Shown: positions 12,753 to 25,313, numbered from the stretch's first letter. The stretch: DNA of 64,000 nucleotides from Lytechinus pictus (GCF_037042905.1 NC_087250.1:21702001-21766000), one strand, 5' to 3'. Numbers and translations: made by a program. The notes: a model not told the origin generated them from the letters alone.

Positions 12753-13366
12753 GAGGCTGTTCACACCGCAAGGGGGGACCGTGGGCGGACCGTGGATCGC
12801 GCTATCGTAGCGCGATCCACGGTCCGCCCATTGGCATTCGCCGGATTCACACCGCAGTGAGATAGCGCGGTCTATCGTAGCACCCCCTTTTTTGAGAGGT
12901 CCTGTTGCCATGACGCGTGACGTAATGGGGTCAGAGCGGTCAAAGTAAAAAGTACGTTTAGTAAAGTCAGGTCCAACATTACTTACTATATTTCTATTTT
13001 TACGATGTTCCGACGCGTTTTACTCCATAAAATTAGGAGTGTTGAGTTGTACCGATTCAGATTCAGATCGCACCAAAATAGAATGAGTATAAAATTCCCC
13101 GCGTGTAGAACGATGACTTCCGGCGTGCTATCGTAGCTCGGGTTCACACCGGCAGAGATAGCGCGATCTAGCGCGCGCTAGACCGCGCTATCTCTCGTGG
13201 ACCACCCCCAAGAGGTGCTCCAGTGGCACGCCGTTTTGGCTCGCCGTGGCTCGCTGTTGAGCGGACCGAAACGACGTTGTACCACGCGTTGTACCTTCCA
13301 CACCGCAGAGATAGCGCGATCTAGCGTGCGCTAGATTGCGCTATCTCTGCCGGTCTGAACAGGCTC
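12753..13366. mobile_element. GC-rich Harbinger-like MITE with internal palindromes, nested in another repeat
   Basis: TTT|GAGGCTGTTCACACCG...CGGTCTGAACAGGCTC|TTT; 47-bp hairpin at 12783-12829. Confidence 0.6.
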
Positions 13367-14367
13367 TTTGGCGACAACTTGTTTAGGAGCCAAAATGTGT
13401 AAATAAAGCCTGCGAAAAACTTGTTTACGGGGTATTTTGCACACAGAGAAAAACTCGTTTAGGCGGTGTTCGGAAATTCCTTGGTCACGCGTGTGTACAG
13501 CAATATATTTGACTGCCCCCCCCCCCCCCCGCGGGCAGCGAAATTATTTTTCCCACCGAGTTCTGGACCGACATATGAATAATAATGACTTGCGTCTTCG
13601 GATTGAGAGTACGCATGCGCGTGGACTTGGCCTCGACCAGTGCCGATCGTAAGCATTCACGTTGCTCAGAATGAATTAGCATCGTCAAATTACCGGTACC
13701 CTTACATAGTTACATAGGCCTTATAGGCTTAGATCTATATATACAGTACATCCAATTCTTAAACACTTATCAAACTAGCTGCCATTAATGGCAAGACATG
13801 TGCTAGGGTAGGGCTAGCTTAGGCTAGCGCATTAACTTTACCTCAAATCTGGACCTGTCTAATGCCTAATACTAATAGGAATAGCCGACTAATGCCATGG
13901 TTAACTTCGAACTTGTTAATTCCGAACTTTACGTTTGATTAGGTTTGGATCAATATTAGCTTATTTGCCATGGTTTAATATGTCTAGTCCGTATACAGAA
14001 CCAGTCCTAGATCTAAAATAAATATCTTAGTTCTAGTCTAGTCTCTAGATCTAGACTCTGATCTACGCGCTATCAGCATGGAACCACTAGTGTACCAAAG
14101 GGGGGGGGGGGGGGCAGACTGCCCCCCTGACGAGTCACAATTGATCCAGGGGACGTGCCCCCCCCCCCATTGAGAAGCCAAATCAATAATTTCTAATGTC
14201 AAAATGCAACGAAAAAAGACGTATGTCCCCTCTTTTGAACGTGAATTTTTTTTTTTTTTCTTGTCAAATTTTTTTCAGCTACGAAATCCTTAATTTTGGG
14301 TGAAGACGGGGATCAAGATCACTGACGTTAATTTGTGCCTGACGTTAGAATACGTTCCATGCACGCA

Positions 14368-14687
14368 CTGGTGTACCTAGGATTTTCCAAAAGGGGGGCA
14401 ATTTTTTTAGAGGATATTTCGTCCGCGAAAAAATGTGACAAGCCCCCCCCCCCCCCAAAAAAAAAAAGGGTATTCACCCCAAATTATGGATTTCTTAGCT
14501 GAAAAAAAAATTGACAAGCAAAAAAAAAAAAAAAGATCTTTAGTTTAAAAAAGGGGACATACGTCTTTTTCATTGCATTTTTACATTACAAATTATTAAT
14601 ATGGCTTCTCAAAGGGGGCACGTCCCCTGAATCAGTTGTGACTCGTCAGAGGGACAGTCTTCCCCCCACCCTTGGTACACTACTGGT
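14368..14687. mobile_element. hAT-like MITE (related copy at about 51581-51899)
   Basis: CACTGGTGTACC / GGTACACTACTG; GTTCCATG on both sides (4 extra nt on the left). Confidence 0.6.
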
Positions 14688-14896
14688 TCCATGCTGATAC
14701 AGCGTAGATCAGAGTCTAGATATAGAGACTAGACTAGAACTATATAAGATATTTTTTTTTTAGATCTAGGACTGGTTTTGTATACGGACTAGACATATTA
14801 AACCATGGCAAATAAGCTAATATTTGTCTAAACCTAATTAAACGTGAAGTTCGGAATTAACCAGTTCGAAGTTAACCATGGCATTAGTCGGCTATT

Positions 14897-17484
14897 CAGT
14901 GTTGTAGTCAAGGCTCAAACCTCCAAGGCCAAGGCTTTAATACCCAAGGCCAAGGCTTCAATACCAAAGGCCAAGGCATGGAAACCCAAGGCCAAGGCCT
15001 GAAAACCTCAAGGCCAAGGCATTTCAAACTTACGATATACAGAACTATGAACTAACAATGTTTAGGCGGCAGACATCACACATGGTAAAATGTATGTGAG
15101 CGAGGGGACTGAGCGAGAAAAAAAATTAACCTTTGTACATTTAAAACAAAAATAATTTCATGATAGAGACATATTAAAATAATGATATAGTTACCTGTGT
15201 ACACATAATCCATAATTTTTCTATAGGCGATTTACATTGCAATAATTATTATTACCACGGTCTTCTGATCCTGGCATTCTCAACGTATGTTTTTCTCCAC
15301 TCCCTGGGACAGGGGCAGCAGAAAATTATTATGGGGGGGGGGGATGTCAACGCCAAAAAGGCACCCATTTATCAAAATGAGTTTTTTTTTGCAAACAGAT
15401 ACATGTATTTTCAAAATGAGATTATGAACTGCGTGAAGTAATTGTGTGTTTTATAGAAATTAAGTTGAGCAAAGGCCTTCTAAAATGATTTTTAATTATA
15501 AGATAGATATTTTGCTTTAGGTTTTACTTCTCAGCGAGAAAGCATTGCGAGCAAGCGGTTTTGAAAAAAAAATCAATTCTGATGTTGTAAAACTTGATTT
15601 ATGGTCAATTATGGGGCTAATCATTGTTGAAATTTCCTTGCGCGATGTTGCCAGCGCGAATCACCAGCTCAAACTTCTTGACATGTCGTGTAATAAGACA
15701 TGGAAATTATTTTATTCTGAGCTGGTTTTGTAATCATGAAAAAGATGTGTATCTAACTAAAAAATAACTTTGCGCTCGCTAATTCTTTTTATATACTGAC
15801 CAGTAAAGGAAGCAGTTAATTAAGCAGTTAATTACTGCATTTTAAATAAGATACATAACTCACCAATAAAAAATAATGCGAGCGCAAAGCGCGAGCTCAA
15901 AAATTTGTGATATTCCAACCTGAAAACTGGACATTCTAAGCATTTTTTTGTGAACGAGTACAATAATTGATGCGAGTGCAGGAAGCGAGCCAAATATTTG
16001 TGATATTTCAACCATAAAGCAACATTCTATACATTTTTGTAACCATTAGCAGTACTGTACTAAACAATAATTGATGCAAGCACGATTCAAAATCTGTGAT
16101 TTTCGAACCTAAAATGTATTATGTTTTATTATTAAAGAAGGTATTTCTTTTTTAAAAAGGGCATATTTCATTTGGAAAAAAAATCCTACAGGGATTTTTT
16201 TTTTTTGGGGGGGGGGCAAGAGAGCACAAGCGCAAGCTAAAATTTTCAAATGCTTAAACTGAAAATGAGTCATTTTTAGGACTCTTGTCAGTTTTCATAT
16301 TTTTTTGCTTACAACCACTTTTATTAAACAGTTAATTAATCATTAATTATTAATACTTATTGATAATATTAATAATTATTAATTATTAAATTATTTTTGT
16401 TAATTATTATTTCTTGAAACCATATTGACACAAAAACAAATACGTTGTTTATTTCCTTAAAACTGTAGAGAAATGAGATTCAATGTTGAACGATATATGA
16501 TTAAAAAAAGTAAACGTTTTTTCCCCTTTGTTTTGTCAATCTGACCCAAAACAAATATAAAATTTAGAAGAGAGATAGAGAGAAGAAGTCCCACCACCAA
16601 GAATAAACTTAGACAAGGGGGGAAGAGAAAGGAAAAGATGGAGTAAATGTGATATTATTTTTTACACAATCTATTGCAAAATTAGCTTTTCTTATAGAAA
16701 GAGGGGGACAAATTTTGTTCACTCGCTCGCTTCAATCGCTTTCTTCTTTTTTTTGACAGAAATTTTGCTCTACATATGCCATGCTTGGCCCCTCAAAGTT
16801 TCTGGCTCATCATGCCATTGACATAACCCATTTGGATATGACAAAATTGGAGACTGTGTTCAAGTTTACCAAATCTTTTCAGAATATCATTAAGACTTAA
16901 AACATTCTTGTTGGCCAAAGAAAATAATACAAGGAAAATCCTAATGGACTAGAAATCAACCTTGTTATCGTTCTTTAGAGTTAGCTATGTTTAAAGTATG
17001 AAAATTGTTGTCAAAAATTGCAGTCAGATGTAAAAATTATTCTTGTTATCAAAGCACTATTATCTTGATCATGGCCATTATTATTTATTGTCATTATCAT
17101 CATATGATTACAACACATTACCAATACATAATGCTATTTTTCATAACTGATGTATTCTTTGTTTGAATTTCTTGATAATGGTGACAATTACAATTGATGA
17201 CACTGCTAGTACACTTACTACTGCTGCTGCTACTGTTACTGGTGATTGGTAGCATTGACCATTAGTGTTATTAAATATATATATAAAAAAACAATTGAAA
17301 CATTTATAATTACTTATTTAAAACAAATGAAAGTACAAAATACAAAATGCCTTGAAAATGCCTTAAAATTTCAAGGCTCAAAATCCTCAAGGCCAAGGCC
17401 TTCTCGAAGCCAAGGCTTTGAAAAAGTAGCAAGGCATTAAGGCGCCTTAAGGCCAAGGCCGAGCATCAAGGCATTACAACACTG
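14897..17484. mobile_element. hAT-like non-autonomous element, 2.6 kb
   Basis: TIR CAGTGTTGTA / TACAACACTG; subterminal CAAGGC repeats; internal GCGAGCGC-type repeats. Confidence 0.7.
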
Positions 17485-17489
17485 ATTAG

Positions 17490-17616
17490 TGTCGTAGGTT
17501 TCACGACACACCATGTATCTTTCTTGGGCAGATGTTGGTCCTGAAAAGGACCACCCAATCTCGACGTTTCGACAAGTGTGTTCTTGTCGTCCTCAGGAGA
17601 AAACGACAAGAACGCG
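17490..17616 (-). mobile_element. Penelope-like element pseudo-LTR fragment
   Basis: Contains the hammerhead motif, a GGTCCTGAAAAGGACC hairpin and a short inverted copy of itself (ACGACAAGAAC). It is absent from the other arm of the local inverted duplication. Confidence 0.55.
17559..17600 (-). ncRNA. Minimal type-I hammerhead ribozyme motif
   Basis: Minus strand reads UCUC-CUGAGGA-C-GACAAG-AACACA-CUUGUC-GAAA-C-GUC-GAGA: both core boxes, 6-bp stem II, 4-bp stem I, palindromic ACGU stem III and a GUC cleavage triplet. Confidence 0.7.
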
Positions 17617-18586
17617 TAGTTTATCAAGTGTTTAAGAATTGGATATATATATATATATAGAGATCTAAGCCTATAAGACCTATGTAACTATGTAAGGGTA
17701 CCGGTAATTTGACGATGCTAATTCATTCTGAGCAACGTGAATGCTTACGATCGGCACTGGTCGAGGCCAAGTCCACGCACATGCATACTCTCAATCCGAA
17801 GACGCAAGTCATGAATATTCATATGTCGGTCCAGAACTCGGTGGGAAAAATAATTTCGCCCCCGGCGGGCAGTGGCAGGGGCGGATCCAGCCTTCGCCAA
17901 TAGGGGGGGGGGGGGGCGGAATTTGTTTTTTCAGCCATATTTTCCCCGATCGGCCGCTCGAAGATGATTTTTGCCGGGATTTTTGGTTTCTTTGAAGGGG
18001 TAATCCTAATAGTCATTTCTTAGCTTTATTCTTATGAATAAACATAAATATAATACCATAATCCTTATCTATATAATGCGAGCGCGAAGCGAGAGCTAAA
18101 TTTTTTTGGAAATCTTATGTATTTTTTCCTAAAATTTTGAACATTCTGGGCAATATGTTTGTTATCCTGAAAAAGATGTGTATGCAAATGAATAATTGCT
18201 ACGGACGTGAAGCGCGAGCAGAAATGCACTAATGGAAAGGGTACTGCTTGCAGTTAGCCATGAAGACGTTACATATTTTAAAAATCAAATAATGCGAGCG
18301 CGAAGCGCGAGCTGAACTTTTTTTTGATATTTTTACCTAAGGAATGGAAATTCTAAGCACTTTTTGTAACTGAAACAGATAATATAACAATATAACTAAA
18401 CAATTATTGCGAGCGGAAAATTTCGAGATCTAGACCTACTAAACGAGACACTTTATTCAAGTTTTGTAAATCATGAAAAGGATGAGTAAGTGGGCATCTT
18501 CCTTACATTAATCATGCGAGCGCAGAGCGCGAGCAGAAAATTTTTACATACGTTTTGAACTCAGTGATCGAAAACGTACCTGTTAA

Positions 18587-19523
18587 GGACGTTCCACAGT
18601 TAAAGTGAAATCCATGTCATTTTCACCAAACTTTGCACATAGATACTTTATAACCTTAATATTCGAAATATGCAAAAATTAACATAGGTCCATGTGCTTG
18701 ATTTTTTGCTATAGAACTTCAAAGTTCACCCAAATTGATGTTCTTAAGAATTGCGCATTCAAAAGAATTTGGCATTTTTAGACCGCCCAAGATTACTACA
18801 ATGAGTTTAAACCTCCATTACTCAGTCAAAATATATGAAAAAGTCATCAAATTTCGCAAGAGAGTTAATAATTGTATCGTTAGAATGGAGAATCTATGAA
18901 TAGTGCTATTTGTTTGCAATTTTAAGTTTAACAGCACTGCCAGTTCTTAAAAATGGCGTAAAAGATAACAAAATCCCAATCTAAAAAATGTAAAATTTCA
19001 GTAACAAACTACAAACGTACAATAAATGCTGCACTTTATTCAAAATCCATGTCATTTTCACCAAAATTTGCAGAGTTGTAGAGGAAGGTATACCTAAGAG
19101 GTACAAACATTAAAAAATAGGGGTTCATGTGCTTGTTTTTAAACTATCAGCATTTTCATTAGAGCAAATGTGCTTTTTAAAACACCAAAAATGGGCCGAA
19201 TGCTTATTATCTATGTGAAGAAAAAAATCAAAACCACTCTACCATTTATTCAAACTCGGGGTAATATTCGTAATTCTTGGCAGCACTGCAGAGTAAAGTA
19301 TTTTGAAATTGTAGAGAATATTTTTTTGAATGGTCCATGGAATAATTCAATTTTTTAGCTTCATGAAATAACGCATCGGATCTGCAGTTAAAGTGCAAAA
19401 GATGAGAAAAATCAGCTCATACCCGCAGCTAATTAATCACCTGTTCATCCATTGTGACGTCAGCGCGTAGAGTGTAAACTATGCGCAGATCATAATGCGC
19501 ACAAATATAACTGTGGAACGTCC
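18587..19523. mobile_element. Kolobok-like MITE (innermost layer)
   Basis: TTAA|GGACGTTCCACAGTTA...TAACTGTGGAACGTCC|TTAA; the neighbouring tandem units show the empty site TGTTAAGGACTG. Confidence 0.85.
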
Positions 19524-19527
19524 TTAA

Positions 19528-20375
19528 GGACTGCTTAATGCACTTAGCCATGAAGACGTTACATATTTCAACAATCAAATAATGCGAGCTGAAAAAGTTT
19601 CAAATTTCTACATAAAGAATGTAAAATTTTAATCAATTTTTGTAATTGTGAACAGGATAGGTATAATTATAACTAAACAATTGATGCGAGCGCAGAGCGC
19701 GAGCAGAAAATTTTTACATACGTTTTGAACTCAGTGATCGAAAACGTACCTGTTAAGGACTGCTTAATGCACTTAGCCATGAAGACGTTACATATTTCAA
19801 CAATCAAATAATGCGAGCTGAAAAAGTTTCAAATTTCTACATAAAGAATGTAAAATTTTAATCAATTTTTGTAATTGTGAACAGGATAGGTATATAACTA
19901 AACAATTGATGCGAGCGCAGAGCGCGAGCAGAAAATTTTTATATAGGTTTTGAACTCAGTGATCGAAAACGTACCTGTTAAGGACTGCTTGCACTTAGCC
20001 ATGAAGACGATACATATTTCAACAATCAAATAATGCGAGCTGAAAAAGTTTCACATTTCTACATAAAGAATGTAAAATTTTAATCAATTTTTGTAATTGT
20101 GAACAGGATAGGTATATAACTAAGCAATTGATGCGAGCGCAGAGCGCGAGCAGAAAATTTTTATATAGGTTTTGAACTCAGTGATCGAAAACGTACCTGT
20201 TAAGGACTGCTTAATGCACTTAGCCATGAAGACGATACATATTTCAACAATCAAATAATGCGAGCTGAAAAAGTTTCACATTTCTACATAAAGAATGTAA
20301 AATTTTAATCAATATTTGTAATCGTGAACAGGATAGGTATATAACTAAACAATTGATGCGAGCGCGAAGCGCGAG
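19528..20375. repeat. Near-identical tandem repeat, unit about 224 bp
   Basis: GATGCGAGCGC anchors near 19683, 19908, 20130 and 20355. Confidence 0.85.
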
Positions 20376-23042
20376 CGGAAAAAAAATCGAGATTTAGACC
20401 TAAAAACGAGACACTCTATTCATGTTTTGTAAATCATGAAAAGAATGAGTAATAGGGGATCTTCCTACATTAATAATGCGAGCACAAAGCGCGAGCAAAA
20501 TTTTTTTGATATTGTGATCTGAACTGGATAATGATTTAAATATAGAACAAGTTGACTATCTGAATAAACATGCATGTGCGTGTTTCATATTTAGACCTAG
20601 AATCTAGGCATTCTAAATACATCTTATATCATGAAAATTAAAGCGAGCGCGAAACGCGAGCTTAACTATTTGACATTCCGAACTGAAAAAGAGTCAATTT
20701 GAGCTCTATATTTCAAGCACTTTGTAAGAAGAAGGTGGATATGGATCGCAATTTATAAAGAACTGATATTTTTAATTATTATTACTTTGAGTTTTAATAT
20801 GGGACTGGGACATCTTTAGGACATGCGTATGAAAATGATGACTATCTTCCTATTCCTCTTGCTAAGTGCGAGATGAAACAAAAGGAACAATTCAATTATT
20901 AAATTAATATCTTATTCATTAATGCCTAATGAGGGCGCGAAATCTAATGATATTATGGCCTGAAATCTGGACATTTCAAGCACTTTTGTATTATAAATAG
21001 GATGCATCAAGTTAATATATTTTAACCATTAATGCGAACGCAAATCGCGACCCAAATTTTTTGATAAACTGTCATGAAAAGGGGATTTTAAGTAGTTTGT
21101 TGTATAATCAATATTGAGACAAACATAACTCGCCAATCAAAATGCGAGCGTGCAGCGCTAGCTGATACGTTTTGACAATCAGACCTGAAAAGGGATATTT
21201 TGAAAACTTTATGGAATACACGAAAATAATAGGTACCAATCAAAATTTGCGAGCGCGCAGCACACGCAGAAAATTTTAATATTCAGACCATAAAACTATC
21301 ATGTTTACAGAGCACTTTTTAAAAATCAATTTGTAAATCACACAAAAATTATAATGAAAGTTCGATTTCCGAGGTGAAATGTGTTTTGTATATTGACTTC
21401 CAATCTTGATATTTAAACTCCATATTGAAGAAGATATGAAAATCACCTAACAGGCAATGCGAGCGCGAAGCGCGAGTGAAAATTTTATATAGTGACATGA
21501 AAGATTCTTTTTATTTTCCAAGTCTTCCCCTCATCTTATTTTATTCACTCGTCTTCTTTTTTCTCCTCTCTTTTCCCTCCTCTTTTCCTTTTTTTTTTTT
21601 TCTTTCTTTCCTTTTTTTTTTGCTTCGCCAATAGGGGGGGGGGGGCGGGCCCCTCGGGCCCCCCTGGATCCGCCTATGAGTGGCGTACCGTGGGTCACGG
21701 CATTGGGGGGGCACCAGCAAAAATGTTGAGACACTTAGTGAGCGCGAGAAGCGCGCTCAGTTGCTAGGTATACTGACCTAATATAGACATTTTAAGTACA
21801 GTGCATTAAATGGATATGTATGTCACTGATCAAATTAATGCGAGCGCGAAGCGCGAGCTGAAAATTTTTGATATTCAGACCCAAAAAGGGACATTATAAG
21901 CAAATTTTTGTAATCCTGATACGTACCTGTCTCGCTAAACAAACAATGCAAGCGCGAAGCGCGAGCTGAAATCTTTGTATATTTTGACCCCAAACAGGGA
22001 TATTTTAAGGACTTTTTTTTAAGGAATCCATCCAAGAGTATACATATCATACCATAGTCATCTAATGCGAGTGTCAAGCGCCTGCTGATTTTGTCAAAAT
22101 TACATCTAAACACACGAAGCACTTTTTGTCGTCGTAATCATGATTATCATACGCATCTCACTAATCAAATATTGCGAGTGCGAAGCGCGACCTGAATATT
22201 TAGGAAATGCAGACCTGAAGAGGGGCATTCTAAGGCTTGTTTGTAGGAATACACTAAGACCATACGTATTTCACTAACCGAATAATGCGAGCGCTAAGCG
22301 CGAGCTGATTTTTTTTTATATTCAGATTTAACTTAGAAAAAGGGACATTTTAAGGACTGATTTTAGAAATTTATGAAGAGCAGGCATATACATGTATCAC
22401 CAATCCACTGATGCGAACGTAAGCACGGACAGGAAATGTTTTATATAAAGACATTAAAATGTGGCAATCACTTTAAGTAGTCATGAAAAAGAAGCATATG
22501 TCACTACATAAAACAATAATAACTCGAAGTGCGAGGAAATATATTTGGTGTATATTGACTTGAAAACGGGAGGTTTTAGTACTACAGGATTATATATCGC
22601 GTTAAGACATAGGCCCTGGGCAAATTATGTTTCATAAAGTTATGAAAAATGTTTTTTATGCAATATAACATAATCATTATTATAATTATAATGAGTAATA
22701 ATTTCTTCTTTCCCGCTACGTTTATTTCCTTTCTCCCTCTTTTTCTCCTTTTCCCCTTTTTGTCAGCCGATTGGGGGGGGGGGGGGTGGGGGAGGGGCAC
22801 GTGCCCCCCATGCCCCCCGTAGTTACGCCACTGCATTGGGTATCTTCCGTGGCCGGCGGTGGGGGGGGGGGGGCGAGCCCGGGGTTTATTTAATTCGAGA
22901 GAGTCATCTCTCCTCCTTTTGATTGGACCAATTATAGGTATTTTTTAAGGATATAACGTTAGGCATATTGGCAAATTCGCAGTCAAAGGCATTTGACGTT
23001 TCTGGTTTTTTTTTCCAGAGTTTTGACTACCAGACAAGATCG

Positions 23043-24929
23043 ATGGCCGAAGAGGTGACCAAAACGCCTAATTGGGATCTCATATGTCCGCTGTGTCTTG
23101 ATATTTTCGAAGATGCAACTCTTCTCAACTGTGAACACACCTTCTGTCGAAGATGTCTCGTCAAATGTGACGTAAGTCAAAGAGACAGTGTTCACCTGAC
23201 CTGTCCTCTTTGTCGGAGTACCACCAAGCTTCCAGAGACCAGAGTTCCTGGACTCTCCAGGAACCATTCCATTGCTGAACGCGTCGATGAGTACACCAGC
23301 TCCTTGGGTGGCTTGATGGCGCTTCTGGATGCCAAACAAACGTGCTCGTCATGCAACGAGGGTTCGATCGCTGTGTCATTTTGCAAAGACTGCGATGTTT
23401 ATATGTGCGAAGGTTGTCACAAGGGCCATCGGCAAATGCGATTCCTCTTTGCTAAACACCGTGTTGCTTCACTGGATGATGGAGAAGTAGTCACCCATCG
23501 GCAGTGTGATAGGTGTGCAGCGCATGAACTGCAGAGGAAAGACCTCTTCTGCGAAACATGCAAAGTTCATGTTTGTCTAAAGTGCGTCGTCGTCGACCAC
23601 CGAGGTCACGTGATAAAAAACCAGGATGATTTCGAGAAGGACATTCAGCAGAAGATAAACGACATAAACCAACAGTGCAGCCGAGAGAAGAATCGCATTA
23701 AGGAGAATATTCGGCGGATAGAGCTGGCCCGACGCGACATGCATGGTACCATTCAGAATCTCGAAGGAGCTGTTCTTAAAGAACATGACAGGAAGTCACA
23801 GCGTCTTCTAGGAACGCAGAACGCACTTGTGGACAATGTTAGATCACTAAAGGGAAGGTTCGACGAGGAACTTGATAGGTTAAAAGCCAACCAGAGAAAT
23901 AGGGTAAAGACTATAAGCAGTTTGTTGTCACTGGCGATGGTGGACAGACTGAAAAATCTAGAGGGCGATAGCTTTTCAGCTCATTCGCTCGTGTGTGAAG
24001 ACCTCCAGAAGCTTTTGAAAGAAACAGATGATGTAACCATTGCAGTGGGTCAAATTAAGAAGGCTGCAGATGGGGTCAACTTCTGCTCTGTGGACGAGAG
24101 GTTACTAGACCTGGGTTACATGCAGGTAGGAATGAGGTTGGTGAAGGAATTAGATGTTGCCTTTGATGCTTGGGGAATGGCAGCGCTGTCTACTGATGCT
24201 GTGGTACTAGTTGCAGGAAGAGACGGGAAAAAAAGCTACTTCTTATCTGGCCGAGAGGAGCCATATCTATGTGGCTGCATCAAGGAGCCCTTGCACGACC
24301 TAACTATCTTAGCTGATGGCAGACATGTCGTGTCTCGTACACCCGGGATGTGTAGCGTCTATTCCACCAGCAATGATACATGGTTTAATTACACTTGCAA
24401 GAAAGGGGAGTGGGATCTCAGGCTATGCAGAGACCATCGCGATAACGTGTACGCCGTCAACAAGAATCCAGAGGTATATATCTTCAGTGGTGAGAACCCA
24501 AATCCAAAGAAAGTCGTCCCCATTAAAATCAACCCAATAAAGGTTGCAGTTACCACGACGGGTGTAATAATCACAGGTACTTGCATCTACGCGCCGAGTA
24601 CAATCCATGTCTATGATAGAGATGGTCACTTAGGCAGTAGCATCCAAGCAGAAAAGGAAAACGAATACTTGTACGCGGCAGTAGACAGTCATGATAGAGT
24701 TCTGGTGGCCCGAGTTGAAGGTGGCTCAAAAGTCCTACGATTAGCTAGGTACCGTCTTGTAGGTGTAACCCTCATTGAGGATATGAGATTCAAGGATCTA
24801 AAACTTCCCCATAGAATCAATAGTTCATCGTTCTGGAATGCCTTTTGCTGCATGGTATCTCTGACACCCAAACTTGTTGCCATAGCAACTCATACCAAAC
24901 ATCTATACTTTATTGAACTGGGCGCTTAA
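23043..24929 (+). CDS. TRIM/RBCC E3 ligase-like protein (628 aa): RING, B-box1, B-box2, coiled coil, divergent NHL-like beta-propeller; single coding exon
   Basis: Uninterrupted ORF. RING CPLC..CEHTFCRRC..CPLC; B-box1 CSSC..CKDC..C..C..H..H; B-box2 CAAH..CETC..CLKC..H..H; heptad-rich helix; beta-rich C-terminus. First ATG is at 23043, just after acceptor tttttttccag (AG 23017-23018), so the ORF track start at 22968 is probably intronic. Confidence 0.9.
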   Translation: MAEEVTKTPNWDLICPLCLDIFEDATLLNCEHTFCRRCLVKCDVSQRDSVHLTCPLCRSTTKLPETRVPGLSRNHSIAERVDEYTSSLGGLMALLDAKQTCSSCNEGSIAVSFCKDCDVYMCEGCHKGHRQMRFLFAKHRVASLDDGEVVTHRQCDRCAAHELQRKDLFCETCKVHVCLKCVVVDHRGHVIKNQDDFEKDIQQKINDINQQCSREKNRIKENIRRIELARRDMHGTIQNLEGAVLKEHDRKSQRLLGTQNALVDNVRSLKGRFDEELDRLKANQRNRVKTISSLLSLAMVDRLKNLEGDSFSAHSLVCEDLQKLLKETDDVTIAVGQIKKAADGVNFCSVDERLLDLGYMQVGMRLVKELDVAFDAWGMAALSTDAVVLVAGRDGKKSYFLSGREEPYLCGCIKEPLHDLTILADGRHVVSRTPGMCSVYSTSNDTWFNYTCKKGEWDLRLCRDHRDNVYAVNKNPEVYIFSGENPNPKKVVPIKINPIKVAVTTTGVIITGTCIYAPSTIHVYDRDGHLGSSIQAEKENEYLYAAVDSHDRVLVARVEGGSKVLRLARYRLVGVTLIEDMRFKDLKLPHRINSSSFWNAFCCMVSLTPKLVAIATHTKHLYFIELGA

Positions 24930-25313
24930 CCATGTAACAATCGAGGTCTGGAAGCTTAAGGTGTGCATATGCATGGCTGTAGCTATAGACCCATAGGCGA
25001 TAATGTTCCCCAAAATGGGTTGGGGGTAAAATGTACGTGCGCTACATAGAGGCAAAGTATGAGCGAAGCGATCGAGTTGATTACAAAGCCATAATTCTTT
25101 TATACTTTTATCAGTGCATTGAAATGGAAAGATCTTGTGTACGCTTAGAGATGATTTTATCATTTTATTTTTCAAATCTAACTAACGACAAAATATTATA
25201 CCCCCTGATCCCCTGGTGTATATTTGTCAAAGTGCACTCTGTACAAAACACTATAAATTATGAGTACATCCTCGGAATTTAAAAAAGGGGGAACCACTGT
25301 AAGTTAATTAACC

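Larger units (their letters stand above)
13530..17870. repeat. Interrupted inverted duplication
   Basis: Left arm about 13530-14304 is the reverse complement of 14473-14896 plus 17617-17870. Confidence 0.85.
17876..21678. mobile_element. hAT-like element with 5-bp TSD AGTGG and internal satellite
   Basis: AGTGG|CAGGGGCGGATCC...GGATCCGCCTATG|AGTGG; GCGAGCGCGAAGCGCGAGC motif recurring roughly every 75-80 bp. Confidence 0.75.
17870..22833. mobile_element. hAT-like element (outer layer of a three-level nest)
   Basis: CAGTGG[insertion]CGTA... / ...TACGCCACTG; no matching TSD seen. Confidence 0.6.

Noticed and set aside
22968..23042. N-terminal extension of the TRIM ORF
   Set aside because: TTG start that reads through a polypyrimidine tract and acceptor; the ATG at 23043 is more plausible.
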